Positions 1 to 9,149 of a DNA stretch of 64,000 nt are shown piece after piece (within the stretch, counting starts at the first letter, position 1; every line of letters starts with the position of its first letter). A program made the position numbers and the translations under genes. Below the pieces are notes generated by a model, which ran no database searches, was not told the origin of the DNA, and saw nothing but the letters and a program-made list of their open reading frames with translations. The stretch covers positions 773,062 to 837,061 of the forward strand of contig CP066698.1 in NCBI GenBank assembly GCA_016432645.1, read 5' to 3'. Origin of the DNA: Candidatus Falkowbacteria bacterium. GTDB lineage: Bacteria; Patescibacteriota; Patescibacteriia; Patescibacteriales; UBA12465.

Positions 1-74
1 CTCAGGCCCTAAACTGATTTTATTATAAGTTAATTTATTGATTTTTGAAAGTTATTCCGTTAAGATGGTTTTAT

Positions 75-644
75 ATGATAATATCCTTAAGCGGAGCCCA
101 TGGTTCCGGAAAAAGCACTATCGCCCAAAGATTGGCCGAAACTCTCGCTTGGCCTCGTTATTATATGGGAGGCTTAAGGCGTGAGGCTGCTAAAAAGCGG
201 GGCATGACTTTAGCTGAATATAATAAATTAGGCGAAACTGATCCAATTACTGACCAAGAAGTCGATAATTACCAAAAAAAACTGGGCGAGACTGAAGATA
301 ACTTTATTGTTGAGGGCCGGACTTCCTGGTATTTTATCCCGCATTCTCTAAAAATCTATCTCGATGTCTCCGAAGATGAGGGTAATAGGCGAGTTTTTGG
401 CCATTTACAGCAAAAAAATGACCGCAACGAGGATAGGAATATTGAAAGCGTGGAAGACGTTAAAGAGAGCATGAAACGGCGGCTAGCTAGCGATCGGCTA
501 AGATATCAGAAGTATTATGGGATTGATGTCAACGATGTAAAGAATTATGACTTCTATCTCGATACCACTAATTTGACACCTGATGAGGTTTTTCAGTCCG
601 TCTACGATTACGTTCAGAAAAATCTTGACATATCCAAAAATTAA
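75..644 (+). CDS. cmk: Cytidylate kinase, archaeal-type (AAA_17/Cytidylate_kin2 family)
   Basis: P-loop GAHGSGKST, EGR motif, RY.KYYGID and YD..LDT motifs; ATG at 75 preferred over TTG at 45. Confidence 0.85.
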   Translation: MIISLSGAHGSGKSTIAQRLAETLAWPRYYMGGLRREAAKKRGMTLAEYNKLGETDPITDQEVDNYQKKLGETEDNFIVEGRTSWYFIPHSLKIYLDVSEDEGNRRVFGHLQQKNDRNEDRNIESVEDVKESMKRRLASDRLRYQKYYGIDVNDVKNYDFYLDTTNLTPDEVFQSVYDYVQKNLDISKN

Positions 645-726
645 TTATAATATTAGACAAGATTTATAAAATTAAAAAAAGCAAAATAACGAGATTTCAG
701 GTCTCGTTTATATGTTAATCAACTAT

Positions 727-1053
727 ATGGTTGAAACTAAAATGGAATTAAAACCGGGACAGACGGTCAGGGTTTATCAAAAAATTAAAGAACTTAATTC
801 TAAGGGTGAAGAAAAAGAAAGAGTTCAATATTTTGAAGGCATGATTATTGCGCGCAAGCACAATAAAGAGGTCGGTGCGACAATTACTGTCCGCAAAGTT
901 TCCGATGGCGTTGGCGTAGAAAAAATATTTCCGCTTAATCTGCCGACGATTACTAAAATTGAAATTAAAAAAGAGGCTCAGGTTAGACAGGCCAAACTTT
1001 ATTATTTGCGTTCCGGCTACAAGAAAAAGTTAAAAGAAAAAGTCGTCAAATAA
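727..1053 (+). CDS. rplS: 50S ribosomal protein L19
   Basis: KERVQYFEG, TVRKVSDGVGVEKIFP, VRQAKLYYLR; start could be 712, 727 or 742. Confidence 0.97.
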   Translation: MVETKMELKPGQTVRVYQKIKELNSKGEEKERVQYFEGMIIARKHNKEVGATITVRKVSDGVGVEKIFPLNLPTITKIEIKKEAQVRQAKLYYLRSGYKKKLKEKVVK

Positions 1054-1085
1054 AATTTTACTGTTCCGATTTTGGAATAGTTTTT

Positions 1086-1169
1086 GGGCGAATGGTGAAA
1101 TTGGTAGACACGCAAGCTTGAGGGGCTTGTGGCCGCAAGGCTGTGGAGGTTCGAGTCCTCTTTCGCCCA
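1086..1169 (+). tRNA. tRNA-Leu(GAG)
   Basis: Acceptor GGGCGAA/TTCGCCC, anticodon arm CAAGC-TTGAGGG-GCTTG, long variable arm, GGTTCGAGTCC; no encoded CCA. Confidence 0.95.
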
Positions 1170-1206
1170 CTCGTTTGCTAGTATCTTGGCGGCTTAGCCG
1201 CTTATA

Positions 1207-1280
1207 GGGCGCATAGCTCAGCTGGTTAGAGCACTTCGTTTACACCGAAGGGGTCCAGGGTTCGAATCCTTGTGCGCCCA
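1207..1280 (+). tRNA. tRNA-Val(TAC)
   Basis: GGGCGCA/TGCGCCC acceptor, CTTCG-TTTACAC-CGAAG anticodon arm, GGTTCGAATCC. Confidence 0.96.
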
Positions 1281-1282
1281 CT

Positions 1283-1309
1283 AAACAATCCTCAAGAGGA
1301 TTGTTTTTT
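1283..1309 (+). terminator. Intrinsic terminator after the tRNA pair
   Basis: AAACAATCCTC-AA-GAGGATTGTTT followed by a T-run. Confidence 0.75.
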
Positions 1310-1345
1310 GTTTATTTTTTTGCCAGAATCGTTTAAGATTATAAT

Positions 1346-1783
1346 ATGGAGAAAATAATTACTAAAAGCGCATCTGAGACTAAAGATTTCGGACGAGCCT
1401 GCGGACAAGCTTGCCGTGGTGGTGAGATTTTTTATTTGTCAGGCGATTTAGGTGCTGGTAAAACAACTTTTTTGCAGGGACTAGCCAAGGGTCTGGGAGT
1501 TTCTGGTCCGGTTAATAGTCCAACCTTTAATATTTTAAAAATTTATAAAACTAAAAAAGGCTCGGTGGTAAAAAATTTTTGTCATATAGACGCCTATCGT
1601 CTATCCGGCGCTAAAGATTTAGAAGCTCTGGGGATAAAAGAAATTATCGCCGCTCAAGATACGGTAACGGCCGTGGAATGGGCGGAAAAAGTTAAATCAG
1701 TTTTTCCAAAAAGTGCCGTTAAAATAAAAGCTAAACATATTTCTGATGCTGAGCGAGAGTTTGTGGTTTTAGATAAGAAATAG
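1346..1783 (+). CDS. tsaE: tRNA threonylcarbamoyladenosine biosynthesis ATPase TsaE
   Basis: [25 protein letters not shown] motifs. Confidence 0.95.
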   Translation: MEKIITKSASETKDFGRACGQACRGGEIFYLSGDLGAGKTTFLQGLAKGLGVSGPVNSPTFNILKIYKTKKGSVVKNFCHIDAYRLSGAKDLEALGIKEIIAAQDTVTAVEWAEKVKSVFPKSAVKIKAKHISDAEREFVVLDKK

Positions 1784-1860
1784 TACCTAATTACTGTTAA
1801 ATAAATAAAAAAAGAAGAGCCCGTTGATTTGGACTCTTTTTTGTTGAGTTTTAGAAGTTT

Positions 1861-2196
1861 TTAAGCCTCAATTTTGAAGGCTTCAATTTTTTCTAGGTTT
1901 TTTTTGTTGCAACAGATGATGCAAGCATCAACCACGAAGTAATAAGAAGAGAAAGTTTCCGGCACAATAACCAGAGGTTGTTTGAGTTCTTCGGCGGTCT
2001 TAAGGAGACCCTCCAAATAACCTTTAGAAGATTCTCCGTAGGTTCCGCAATGTCGGCAGAAGCAATAAGCGACCGCGTGTTTCCAGGTAAATTTTTGGGT
2101 AATCCGATTTTTAACCAGATTATCAAATTTTTCCTGGCTTATTCTTCCTGGTACGCTAGTTTCGCCAATCAGGGCAATCTTTTCTTGTTGTTCCAC
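1861..2196 (-). CDS. Hypothetical protein with two CxxC pairs (possible Zn ribbon)
   Basis: GTG start after an A-rich leader; CRHC and CIIC; terminator-like hairpin at ~1807-1843. Confidence 0.6.
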   Translation of the reverse strand: MEQQEKIALIGETSVPGRISQEKFDNLVKNRITQKFTWKHAVAYCFCRHCGTYGESSKGYLEGLLKTAEELKQPLVIVPETFSSYYFVVDACIICCNKKNLEKIEAFKIEA

Positions 2197-2226
2197 GATT
2201 TTTAGTTTTTGATTTGTACTATATAT

Positions 2227-2916
2227 TTATTTTTTATTTCTTTGAAAGTTTTCAACCATGGCATCAGTAATTTTTTCAGTTTCTTCGGCAATTACCTTTT
2301 TTAAAAATTCCGGATCAAAACGGTCATTATTTTTGCTGCCATCTAGCTTTTCATAGTCATCATCGCTGATATAAATTAAAACGTCAGCCCGGGTTCTATC
2401 CTTCTTTGAGTTCTGGGTTAAGTCAATAGTAGCTCTAGTTAACTCTTTGCCGCTTTCTTTATCGTAAAGTTTAAAATAACAATCAATACCGTGGGAGACA
2501 TCTAAGTGAGTGCCGCCGGTAGCGGAAAAGAATTTTAAAATATATTTATCACTTACAAATCTATCTTTGACCGCTTGGTATAATTCATGAGCAAAAAAAC
2601 GGGAAGGATTTTCAGGGTTTCCCACTTGGCATTTTTCCACTAAGGCCATAGCTTTATCTAGGGGAACAAATTTTTTATTAAAACTCTGAATATCTTGAAA
2701 TTCGGCTTGAGCGTCTTCTCTGATTTTTAATATTTTTTCAAAACGCTCATCGGTTCCTAAATTATCAAGCCCACATCTTTCGGGATATAAAGTTGCGTAA
2801 GCAGCTTCTTTATAATTTTTACTATTAGCCGTTCCAATCATGTCTGCCTCTAAAATAGAGCCGGATTTAGAAGCCTTATTTTGAGCGCTCTCCCATTTTT
2901 CTAAATTACTCAACAT
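2227..2916 (-). CDS. Hypothetical protein
   Basis: 229-aa ORF overlapping the lspA stop, co-oriented; LD..HGID...IDLT.N..K...AD pattern. Confidence 0.75.
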   Translation of the reverse strand: MLSNLEKWESAQNKASKSGSILEADMIGTANSKNYKEAAYATLYPERCGLDNLGTDERFEKILKIREDAQAEFQDIQSFNKKFVPLDKAMALVEKCQVGNPENPSRFFAHELYQAVKDRFVSDKYILKFFSATGGTHLDVSHGIDCYFKLYDKESGKELTRATIDLTQNSKKDRTRADVLIYISDDDYEKLDGSKNNDRFDPEFLKKVIAEETEKITDAMVENFQRNKK

Positions 2917-3382
2917 ATCTTTTGTCTTTCACTAGATTAAAAATTAGGGATATTACTCCGAAACTAATCATGGCATCAGCCAGGTTAAAAACCGTAAAAT
3001 ATTTTAATTCCAAATAGTCAATAACATAGCCGTACAGTAGCCGGTCTGCCATATTACTTATAGCACCAAATAAAATAAATGTCAATAGTAATGATTTTGA
3101 ACTTAGACATTTTTCTTTTAATATTAGCTTATATATTATATATATCAAGCCTAGTATAATAGCCGCTATTATGATGTTAAGAATTGGGCCACTAAGCGGT
3201 AAAGAAAAGGAAATATTAAAATTTTTTGTAAAATTAAATAAAAAAAGCTCACCAAATAATGATTTTGCCTCAAATTGCTGGAGAGCTAGAGCTTTTAAAA
3301 TTCGGTCGCCTATAAAAAACATAGCTATTATTAAGATAATAGCTATGTTCCGGTGTTTATTTTTACAAATAAGTTTATTCAT
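2906..3382 (-). CDS. lspA: Lipoprotein signal peptidase II
   Basis: TM segments, GAISNMADR, GYVIDY, VFNLAD motifs. Confidence 0.93.
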   Translation of the reverse strand: MNKLICKNKHRNIAIILIIAMFFIGDRILKALALQQFEAKSLFGELFLFNFTKNFNISFSLPLSGPILNIIIAAIILGLIYIIYKLILKEKCLSSKSLLLTFILFGAISNMADRLLYGYVIDYLELKYFTVFNLADAMISFGVISLIFNLVKDKRYVE

Positions 3383-3764
3383 TTTCTTGAAGTTCAGTTT
3401 TGCAGGTTATACAAGCGCCGGCTGTCGGTCTGGCCTGGAGTCGCTTAGCATTAATTGGTTTGTGGCAATATTTGCAAATACCGTAAGTTCCTTTTTCGAT
3501 TCTGTTTAAAGCTTTATCAATATCTTCCAGACTTTTTTCTAATACTTTTTGAGCCATGACGGTTGTTGAAAAATCGCTTATTTCTTGGGCATTTTCATCA
3601 GGTTTATCGCCATATTCAGGAAATTGAGCGCTGCGGCTATCAGCCTCATGAGCATCTTTATGTGAAACATCATTCAAATCGGTTATAATTTGTTTTTTTT
3701 GCGCCAAAAGAGTCGCTTTTATTTCATCGATAACCTTTTTATCAATGGAATTTTCTGTGTTCAT
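3375..3764 (-). CDS. DksA/TraR C4-type zinc-finger protein
   Basis: Coiled coil then ALNRIEKGTYGICKYC...RL.ARP....CITC. Confidence 0.92.
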   Translation of the reverse strand: MNTENSIDKKVIDEIKATLLAQKKQIITDLNDVSHKDAHEADSRSAQFPEYGDKPDENAQEISDFSTTVMAQKVLEKSLEDIDKALNRIEKGTYGICKYCHKPINAKRLQARPTAGACITCKTELQENE

Positions 3765-3957
3765 ATGGTTTATACCTGCGTAAATTATGGTTAAACAAAA
3801 GAACTATCAGTTTGTAGTTCTGTTTAAATTATAGCCGATATGTTACATTTTCGCAAGTTTTTTGGGATTTGAAATATTTTGACAAAGAATAATCTTTTTG
3901 CTATGCTCTTTTTGTGGCTCGCTAAGTAGCATAGCCATTTTTTGAAGGATAAAAAGA

Positions 3958-4031
3958 GGAGCGGTAGCTCAGCTGGTTAGAGCGCCTGCCTGTCACGCAG
4001 GAGGTCGCGGGTTCGATCCCCGTCCGTTCCG
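3958..4031 (+). tRNA. tRNA-Asp(GTC)
   Basis: GGAGCGG/CCGTTCC acceptor, CCTGC-CTGTCAC-GCAGG, GGTTCGATCCC; upstream TTGACA-17-TATGCT promoter. Confidence 0.96.
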
Positions 4032-4132
4032 CATTGTTTAAAAACAAGGTTTAAACCTTGTTTTTTAATTAAAAAAAGGGCCCTGGAATTTCTTCTCAGG
4101 ACCCCCCGCAGCAGCCGCGCTACGTCTTAATA

Positions 4133-4588
4133 TTATTTGATGGCCGCTATTCGGTCATCGTAAGGTTCGCTTAGATAAGTTCTGGTCATATCCCAGTGAT
4201 TATCCCACCAGCACAAGGTTGGAAAAAATTTATTTCCGCCGGCATCAGCAAAAATGCTGCCAGCGAAGATAATATTTTTAGTTTTCCAGGTTTCGGGAAT
4301 AGCTTCTGGATGAGCCAGTAAATAGTCCAGCACACAAGCATTTAGAGCGGTATCGCCCAGCTTAGCTAACATTTTGGCACCAGTTGTCGGCGCTGTTTTG
4401 TTTTCGAAAGAAACAGTTTTGATGTTTCCTGGTGTTAGCTGATATGTTCCGCCGGGGTTCCCGGGGATAAGAGTATAACCTTCAGGGACTGAAGGCTTGT
4501 CGTTGCAATCTATATTTTTTGTCTGCGCAAAAGTCAGGCCGGGTAAATATAGCAACCCCATGATTAGTAAAAATACGATTTTTTTCAT
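4133..4588 (-). CDS. Secreted hypothetical protein (signal peptide)
   Basis: MKK plus hydrophobic core and AQ cleavage site; own promoter TAGACA(4669-4664)-17-TAAGAT(4646-4641) and terminator ~4071-4106. Confidence 0.8.
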   Translation of the reverse strand: MKKIVFLLIMGLLYLPGLTFAQTKNIDCNDKPSVPEGYTLIPGNPGGTYQLTPGNIKTVSFENKTAPTTGAKMLAKLGDTALNACVLDYLLAHPEAIPETWKTKNIIFAGSIFADAGGNKFFPTLCWWDNHWDMTRTYLSEPYDDRIAAIK

Positions 4589-4818
4589 GGTGTCTAATTT
4601 TTGGTTTAAGAACGAATTGTTAATGTTAGTGTTTCATAGAATCTTAAGACTTTATTTAAGTTTTGTCTAGATACTTTAAATTATGTATATGTCTGAGTAG
4701 AGGCGATTTGGTATTGACAGATAGCTTTAAAAAATGTAAGATAGAATTTGTGCTAAACATCTTTTTTAGCGCAAATAGTTATTAGTTCTTTATAAACAAA
4801 GCAAAAAAAACAAAGCAA

Positions 4819-5358
4819 ATGCAAAATGAGAGACATTTACCGGCTTTATTAACGCCGGAAGTGATGGTTTTAGAGCGCCCCATTGTGCGCCCCAAGATGT
4901 TTAAGACGATTTGGTCAAAGGTAGTAATGGTTCGTTATCAGAAAACAGCCAATGCTCTACTATCAGTCAGGGAATTGGTGGATAATAGAGATTTAGCTTT
5001 GGTAAAATCTTCGAAAGAAGGTATTTCTGAGATTAGCCTATCGTTGATTGATCTCTGGAGTGGTAAAGGGCCATTCCCGAGTATTTCCGAGATTAATCGG
5101 ATAATTGCTCAAATTGGCAAAGAGCCAGTTGGTATTTCAGAAATGGTTCTATTCGCTAAAGCGATTAATCATCAGCCGATTGTTGTCCCCTCTGACTATT
5201 GTTTAGCTATTGCTACTAGGGATTATCTGGAGCGAGAAGGCATCAGTCAATTTCCTAGTGTCAGTCAAGACGAAGAACACGGTGTCATGCTCGGTTTAAC
5301 CTATGATTGGATAATCGAAAAACATCATGTTTATGTCTTGGTTATGGAGACTCTCTAA
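4819..5358 (+). CDS. Hypothetical protein
   Basis: 179-aa ORF; promoter TTGACA(4714)-17-TAAGAT(4737); terminator AAGCTTCGAT...ATCGAAGCTTTTTTT ~5372-5416. Confidence 0.75.
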   Translation: MQNERHLPALLTPEVMVLERPIVRPKMFKTIWSKVVMVRYQKTANALLSVRELVDNRDLALVKSSKEGISEISLSLIDLWSGKGPFPSISEINRIIAQIGKEPVGISEMVLFAKAINHQPIVVPSDYCLAIATRDYLEREGISQFPSVSQDEEHGVMLGLTYDWIIEKHHVYVLVMETL

Positions 5359-5461
5359 ACTACCTGTTGTTAAGCTTCGATTTCAACGCTCAATGTTGAG
5401 ATCGAAGCTTTTTTTATTTCAAAAAATCTGGCAACTAACCAGATTTTTTATTTTTGTTCTG

Positions 5462-5533
5462 TGCCCCCAAAGGGAATCGAACCCCTATTTTAAGCTCCGG
5501 AAGCTCACGTCCTATCCGTTGAACGATGGAGGC
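5462..5533 (-). tRNA. tRNA-Arg(CCG)
   Basis: Reverse complement GCCTCCA...TGGGGGC-A, TGAGC-TTCCGGA-GCTTA anticodon arm, GGTTCGATTCC. Confidence 0.93.
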
Positions 5534-5541
5534 AATGCACT

Positions 5542-5976
5542 TTATTTATTTTTACTCTTTACAGTCGCCTTGGTCAAGAAATGATGATTGTCGGCAAAAG
5601 AAGAGTAATCAACGCTTAGCTCTTCACCGGCTTTGATTTTTTTAGTTGACACATAATCGCAATTGCGATTGCATCTGACATTAGGATTTTTAGAATTATG
5701 ATTTAGAAACCAGCCGATAGAAATATTATTAAAATTATCGGGCGCGCCGTATTTATCGCCTTCTAGTATGCAGAAGTCTTCATATAATTTACGCAAAGCT
5801 GGTTCTAATTTATCGACTTTTTTCTTGCTAAACCAAATTAACTTGCTAGTTTCGCCCTCAAATATTTTTTTATTATTAGGAATATCACGAATTGCAAAGA
5901 CGCCGATTCCTTGAATCTTAGAAATTCCCAGGCGAGTGTAGGCATCGGCGTGAGGCGTCTTTTTTGTTTTTTTCAT
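5542..5976 (-). CDS. SET-domain protein (putative protein-lysine methyltransferase)
   Basis: SKIQGIGVFA.RDI, FLNH...PN, KIKAGEELSVDY SET signatures. Confidence 0.9.
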   Translation of the reverse strand: MKKTKKTPHADAYTRLGISKIQGIGVFAIRDIPNNKKIFEGETSKLIWFSKKKVDKLEPALRKLYEDFCILEGDKYGAPDNFNNISIGWFLNHNSKNPNVRCNRNCDYVSTKKIKAGEELSVDYSSFADNHHFLTKATVKSKNK

Positions 5977-5978
5977 AC

Positions 5979-6476
5979 TTACAAAACTTTAGCATAGATA
6001 AAGGCGTCGTGCAGCCGGCCTTCTCGATCCTTGATAACTTTTTTTAAACGCCCTTCTTTTTTATAACCATTTTTAATAGCTACTTTTTCACTGGCTTTAT
6101 TTTCCGGGCGCATTAAAATTTCTATTCTGCTTAGTCCTAATTTATTAAAACCTTCTTGTTCCATCAATTTAACAAAGGCGGTTGTCAGTCCGCGCCCCCA
6201 ATATTTTTCATCCAGAAAATAGCCCAACTCTCCGATATAGGGGCGGGTACGATTAATACGGACGCCACCACCACCAACCACTTTGTCGTTATATAAAAAA
6301 GTGTAGTTCCAGGATTCATTGTTTTTTCGACGTTCGCTGTTTTTTTTCAGGGCTGCTTTTTCATCCGCCAGCGTGTCCACATTAACAAAAAAATAGATGA
6401 AGTTTGGGTTTTTTAGGATGCGCAAAAAGTCAGCCGCATCCTTAACCATTTGATATCTGATTTTAAGATTTTTCAT
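5979..6476 (-). CDS. GNAT N-acetyltransferase, RimJ/RimL family
   Basis: ELGYFL..KYWGRGLTT, N.AS.KVA.KNGY..EG. Confidence 0.92.
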   Translation of the reverse strand: MKNLKIRYQMVKDAADFLRILKNPNFIYFFVNVDTLADEKAALKKNSERRKNNESWNYTFLYNDKVVGGGGVRINRTRPYIGELGYFLDEKYWGRGLTTAFVKLMEQEGFNKLGLSRIEILMRPENKASEKVAIKNGYKKEGRLKKVIKDREGRLHDAFIYAKVL

Positions 6477-6480
6477 ATAT

Positions 6481-7155
6481 TTATTTTAAGCCAATATAAG
6501 CTATCATCGCTTTTATTATTTTATCGCGTTCTCGCCGAAAAGAAAAATAAGTATCTTTCAGGCAGAATGTGCAGTCAGCACTGACAGAGATATTTGCCGG
6601 CGAGACCCCAGTTTCTATTAATTTGTCTTTGACGGCGTCTGCTAGATTGATATATTTTTTGTCGCCAGTTTCTATTAGATATTTAGAAGCAAATTGGTTG
6701 GCCACATCGTCTTTAACTTCAAAATGGCATTTTTGGATATGCGGGCCGATAAAAATTTTTATATCAGTAGAATTACAATCAAAATTATTTATTAATAATT
6801 GAACCGTTTTTTTAGCAATGCCGTTTATAATTCCTTTCCAGCCGGCGTGAGCCAAAGCGACTACTTGTTTTTGGCGGTCATAAAAATAAATCGGTAGGCA
6901 ATCGGCGACGGTTATGGTTAATAAACAATTTTTATCATTTGTAATTAGGGCATCGCAGTCGGGAATCATTCGTTCTGGCGTTTTACTATCAATCATAACA
7001 ACCTTATCGCCGTGGACCAAGTCTGCGCCGATTATTTTTTTGTCTTCCAAATTTATTTTTTCAAAAAAATTTTGCTGATTGGTAAAATCATATTTCATCG
7101 GGCCGTCTTTAATATCCGACAGCCCCCAGATAATTTTATTGCTACTAAAAGCCAT
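6481..7155 (-). CDS. pgeF: YfiH/PgeF laccase-domain protein (purine nucleoside phosphorylase-like)
   Basis: VHG, DALIT, ADCLP, HAGWKG, GPHI..CHFEV, FSFRR. Confidence 0.9.
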   Translation of the reverse strand: MAFSSNKIIWGLSDIKDGPMKYDFTNQQNFFEKINLEDKKIIGADLVHGDKVVMIDSKTPERMIPDCDALITNDKNCLLTITVADCLPIYFYDRQKQVVALAHAGWKGIINGIAKKTVQLLINNFDCNSTDIKIFIGPHIQKCHFEVKDDVANQFASKYLIETGDKKYINLADAVKDKLIETGVSPANISVSADCTFCLKDTYFSFRRERDKIIKAMIAYIGLK

Positions 7156-7158
7156 ATA

Positions 7159-7731
7159 TTAAATTCGGCGGCAATCAATAATTTTGAAGTTTTTCCCGTC
7201 TCCCTCAATCTCCACCCAGGCTAAATCTCCAATTTTACCAATCTCGCCTATTTTTAAAATATCTCTAAATAAGACGCGCATCGGACCACCATGCCAAATA
7301 ATTGCGCGGCAGATATCCTGTTCTTTATCGGCCAGATTATTAACAGCGGATACAATTCGATTTCTGAAATCTTGATATGATTCCGCGCCTTCAATAGTGT
7401 TTAAATAATCCCTTAAGGCTTCGGCTAGTTCCGGAGTTTCCATGGCCACTTCTTCTTTGATTCTGCCGGTCACAATTCCGTATTGGTTTCGTTCTTTAAA
7501 ATTTGGCTCAACAATAACGGGACAGCGTCCGGCGGCTAATATTTCCGCGGTCTCGCGTGCGCGCAACAGAGGACTGGAGATTATCAGTCTGATATTTTTT
7601 GTTTTTAATTCCTCTAAAGCTTCTTGAGCTTGCGTCCGGCCTTTGTCTGTTAAATGATCGTCATAATCGCCGCCGTAACGATCTTCCACATCACCAGTTG
7701 TTTTGCCGTGGCGGATAAAGATTAGTTTCAT
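7159..7731 (-). CDS. Histidine phosphatase family protein
   Basis: RHG, SSPL.RA.ETA, GAES, HGG; true start MKLIFIRHG at 7731. Confidence 0.9.
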   Translation of the reverse strand: MKLIFIRHGKTTGDVEDRYGGDYDDHLTDKGRTQAQEALEELKTKNIRLIISSPLLRARETAEILAAGRCPVIVEPNFKERNQYGIVTGRIKEEVAMETPELAEALRDYLNTIEGAESYQDFRNRIVSAVNNLADKEQDICRAIIWHGGPMRVLFRDILKIGEIGKIGDLAWVEIEGDGKNFKIIDCRRI

Positions 7732-7735
7732 AGAA

Positions 7736-8353
7736 TTAGTGATTAAATTTTTCTGTCTTGAAAACGTGGGCATTTTCTGCTGGCGAATCATTAGCTAACA
7801 ATAACAGCTCCGAGTTTCCAAAATGAAACATAGTTAAAACCTCTTTCCAATACAAATTATAGTAACTAGCATAAATCATTTTGCCAATATCACCGCTGGT
7901 TACTAATAAAATATTACCATCTTGGTGATTAGTCTTTATTTTTTCAAGTATTTGATGTGCTCTAACCATTAATTGCGGGAAGGTTTCCGCACCTTCGGGC
8001 GATAAAATATAAGTTATGGTATCGGTTTTTAAAATATTCGGAGCACATAGAGATTCAAGCTCGGCGGTTGGCTTGCCCGTCATAATACCAAAATCACGTT
8101 CTATTAATAATGGCATTGGTTCCGGCTTATCCATTGATAAAGCGTCGGCGACAATTTCGGCCGTCCTTGTCGTTCTAATTAGCGGGGAACTATATATCTT
8201 ATCAAATTTAATATTGGCGGTTTTTATTTTTTGCGCCAGTTCTTGCGCCTGGTTTTCACCGAGCGCCGTCAAAGGCTCGTCCCGATGGCCATTTAAAATT
8301 CCCCTGACATTATCTTGGTCTTGCCCATGGCGGGCGAGATAGATTTTAAGCAT
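7736..8353 (-). CDS. Histidine phosphatase family protein
   Basis: RHGQ, SSPL.R...TA, ERDFG, GAET; second His position reads VTSG. Confidence 0.88.
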   Translation of the reverse strand: MLKIYLARHGQDQDNVRGILNGHRDEPLTALGENQAQELAQKIKTANIKFDKIYSSPLIRTTRTAEIVADALSMDKPEPMPLLIERDFGIMTGKPTAELESLCAPNILKTDTITYILSPEGAETFPQLMVRAHQILEKIKTNHQDGNILLVTSGDIGKMIYASYYNLYWKEVLTMFHFGNSELLLLANDSPAENAHVFKTEKFNH

Positions 8354-8356
8354 ATA

Positions 8357-9124
8357 CTATTTGGTATTTGTTTTTAATATTTCCACTACTTCTTGGTGAA
8401 TAACTCCGTTAGTTGCCAGAATCGTTTTGGAATTAATATCCCAGGGTGCACCGTTTTCTTCGGTTACTATTCCGCCCGCTTCTCTTATTAAACAAACTCC
8501 AGCGGCGACATCGTGAGGCACATTGGTAAGATGGTATATTTCCGCATCACCCATGGAAATTTGCGCTAGCTCATAACTACTGGCGTCTATTATTTTAATC
8601 AGCCCGCAGGATTGCGCCAGGTTTAGATTCATTTGTGTTTGATTGCGAAATTTACCGCCCGCATAATACAAGCTCTCGGCTAGCGAGCGCTTAGAAACTT
8701 GAACTTTTTTACTATTAGCCCAGCAGCCCTGGCCCTCTTCGGCGCTCAGTAAAAGATTTATGGTTGGGAAGTATAAGATACCAACGATTGGCTGCCCCTG
8801 GTAAACTAAGCCAATGGAAATGCCAAAAAAAGGAATATTGCGAGAAAAATTATTAGTGCCATCAAGCGGGTCAACATACCAAACATAATCAGCTTCCATA
8901 TTTTGGCCGCCGCTTTCTTCGCCGTAGATACCGAATTCCGGAAATTCTGCTTTGAGAATAGAAATAATTTTGGCTTCACTTTTTATATCAGCGTCCGTCA
9001 CGATAGAAACAGCGCCATGCTCAACTTCTTTCCAGCGGATCTCTGTTAGTTGGCCATAATGCGCCATCAAAATCTTACCGGCTTCTTGGGCGGCCTTAAT
9101 CGCGATGTCTTGAAATTTACTCAT
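8357..9124 (-). CDS. Inositol monophosphatase family protein (SuhB-like)
   Basis: VTDAD..SE, GEE, WYVDPLDGTNNF, DVAAG..L..EAGG. Confidence 0.92.
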   Translation of the reverse strand: MSKFQDIAIKAAQEAGKILMAHYGQLTEIRWKEVEHGAVSIVTDADIKSEAKIISILKAEFPEFGIYGEESGGQNMEADYVWYVDPLDGTNNFSRNIPFFGISIGLVYQGQPIVGILYFPTINLLLSAEEGQGCWANSKKVQVSKRSLAESLYYAGGKFRNQTQMNLNLAQSCGLIKIIDASSYELAQISMGDAEIYHLTNVPHDVAAGVCLIREAGGIVTEENGAPWDINSKTILATNGVIHQEVVEILKTNTK

Positions 9125-9149
9125 AAGATGAAGATGTTATTTGTTTTTG

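Noticed and set aside
5327..5584. 85-aa plus-strand ORF
   Set aside because: Antisense to tRNA-Arg and spans terminators; a shadow ORF. The same applies to 9050-9268 over tRNA-Ser
7159..7791. Apparent 56-nt overlap or frameshift fusion of the two histidine phosphatases
   Set aside because: Using ATG 7731 (MKLIFIRHG) removes the overlap; each gene has its own RHG motif
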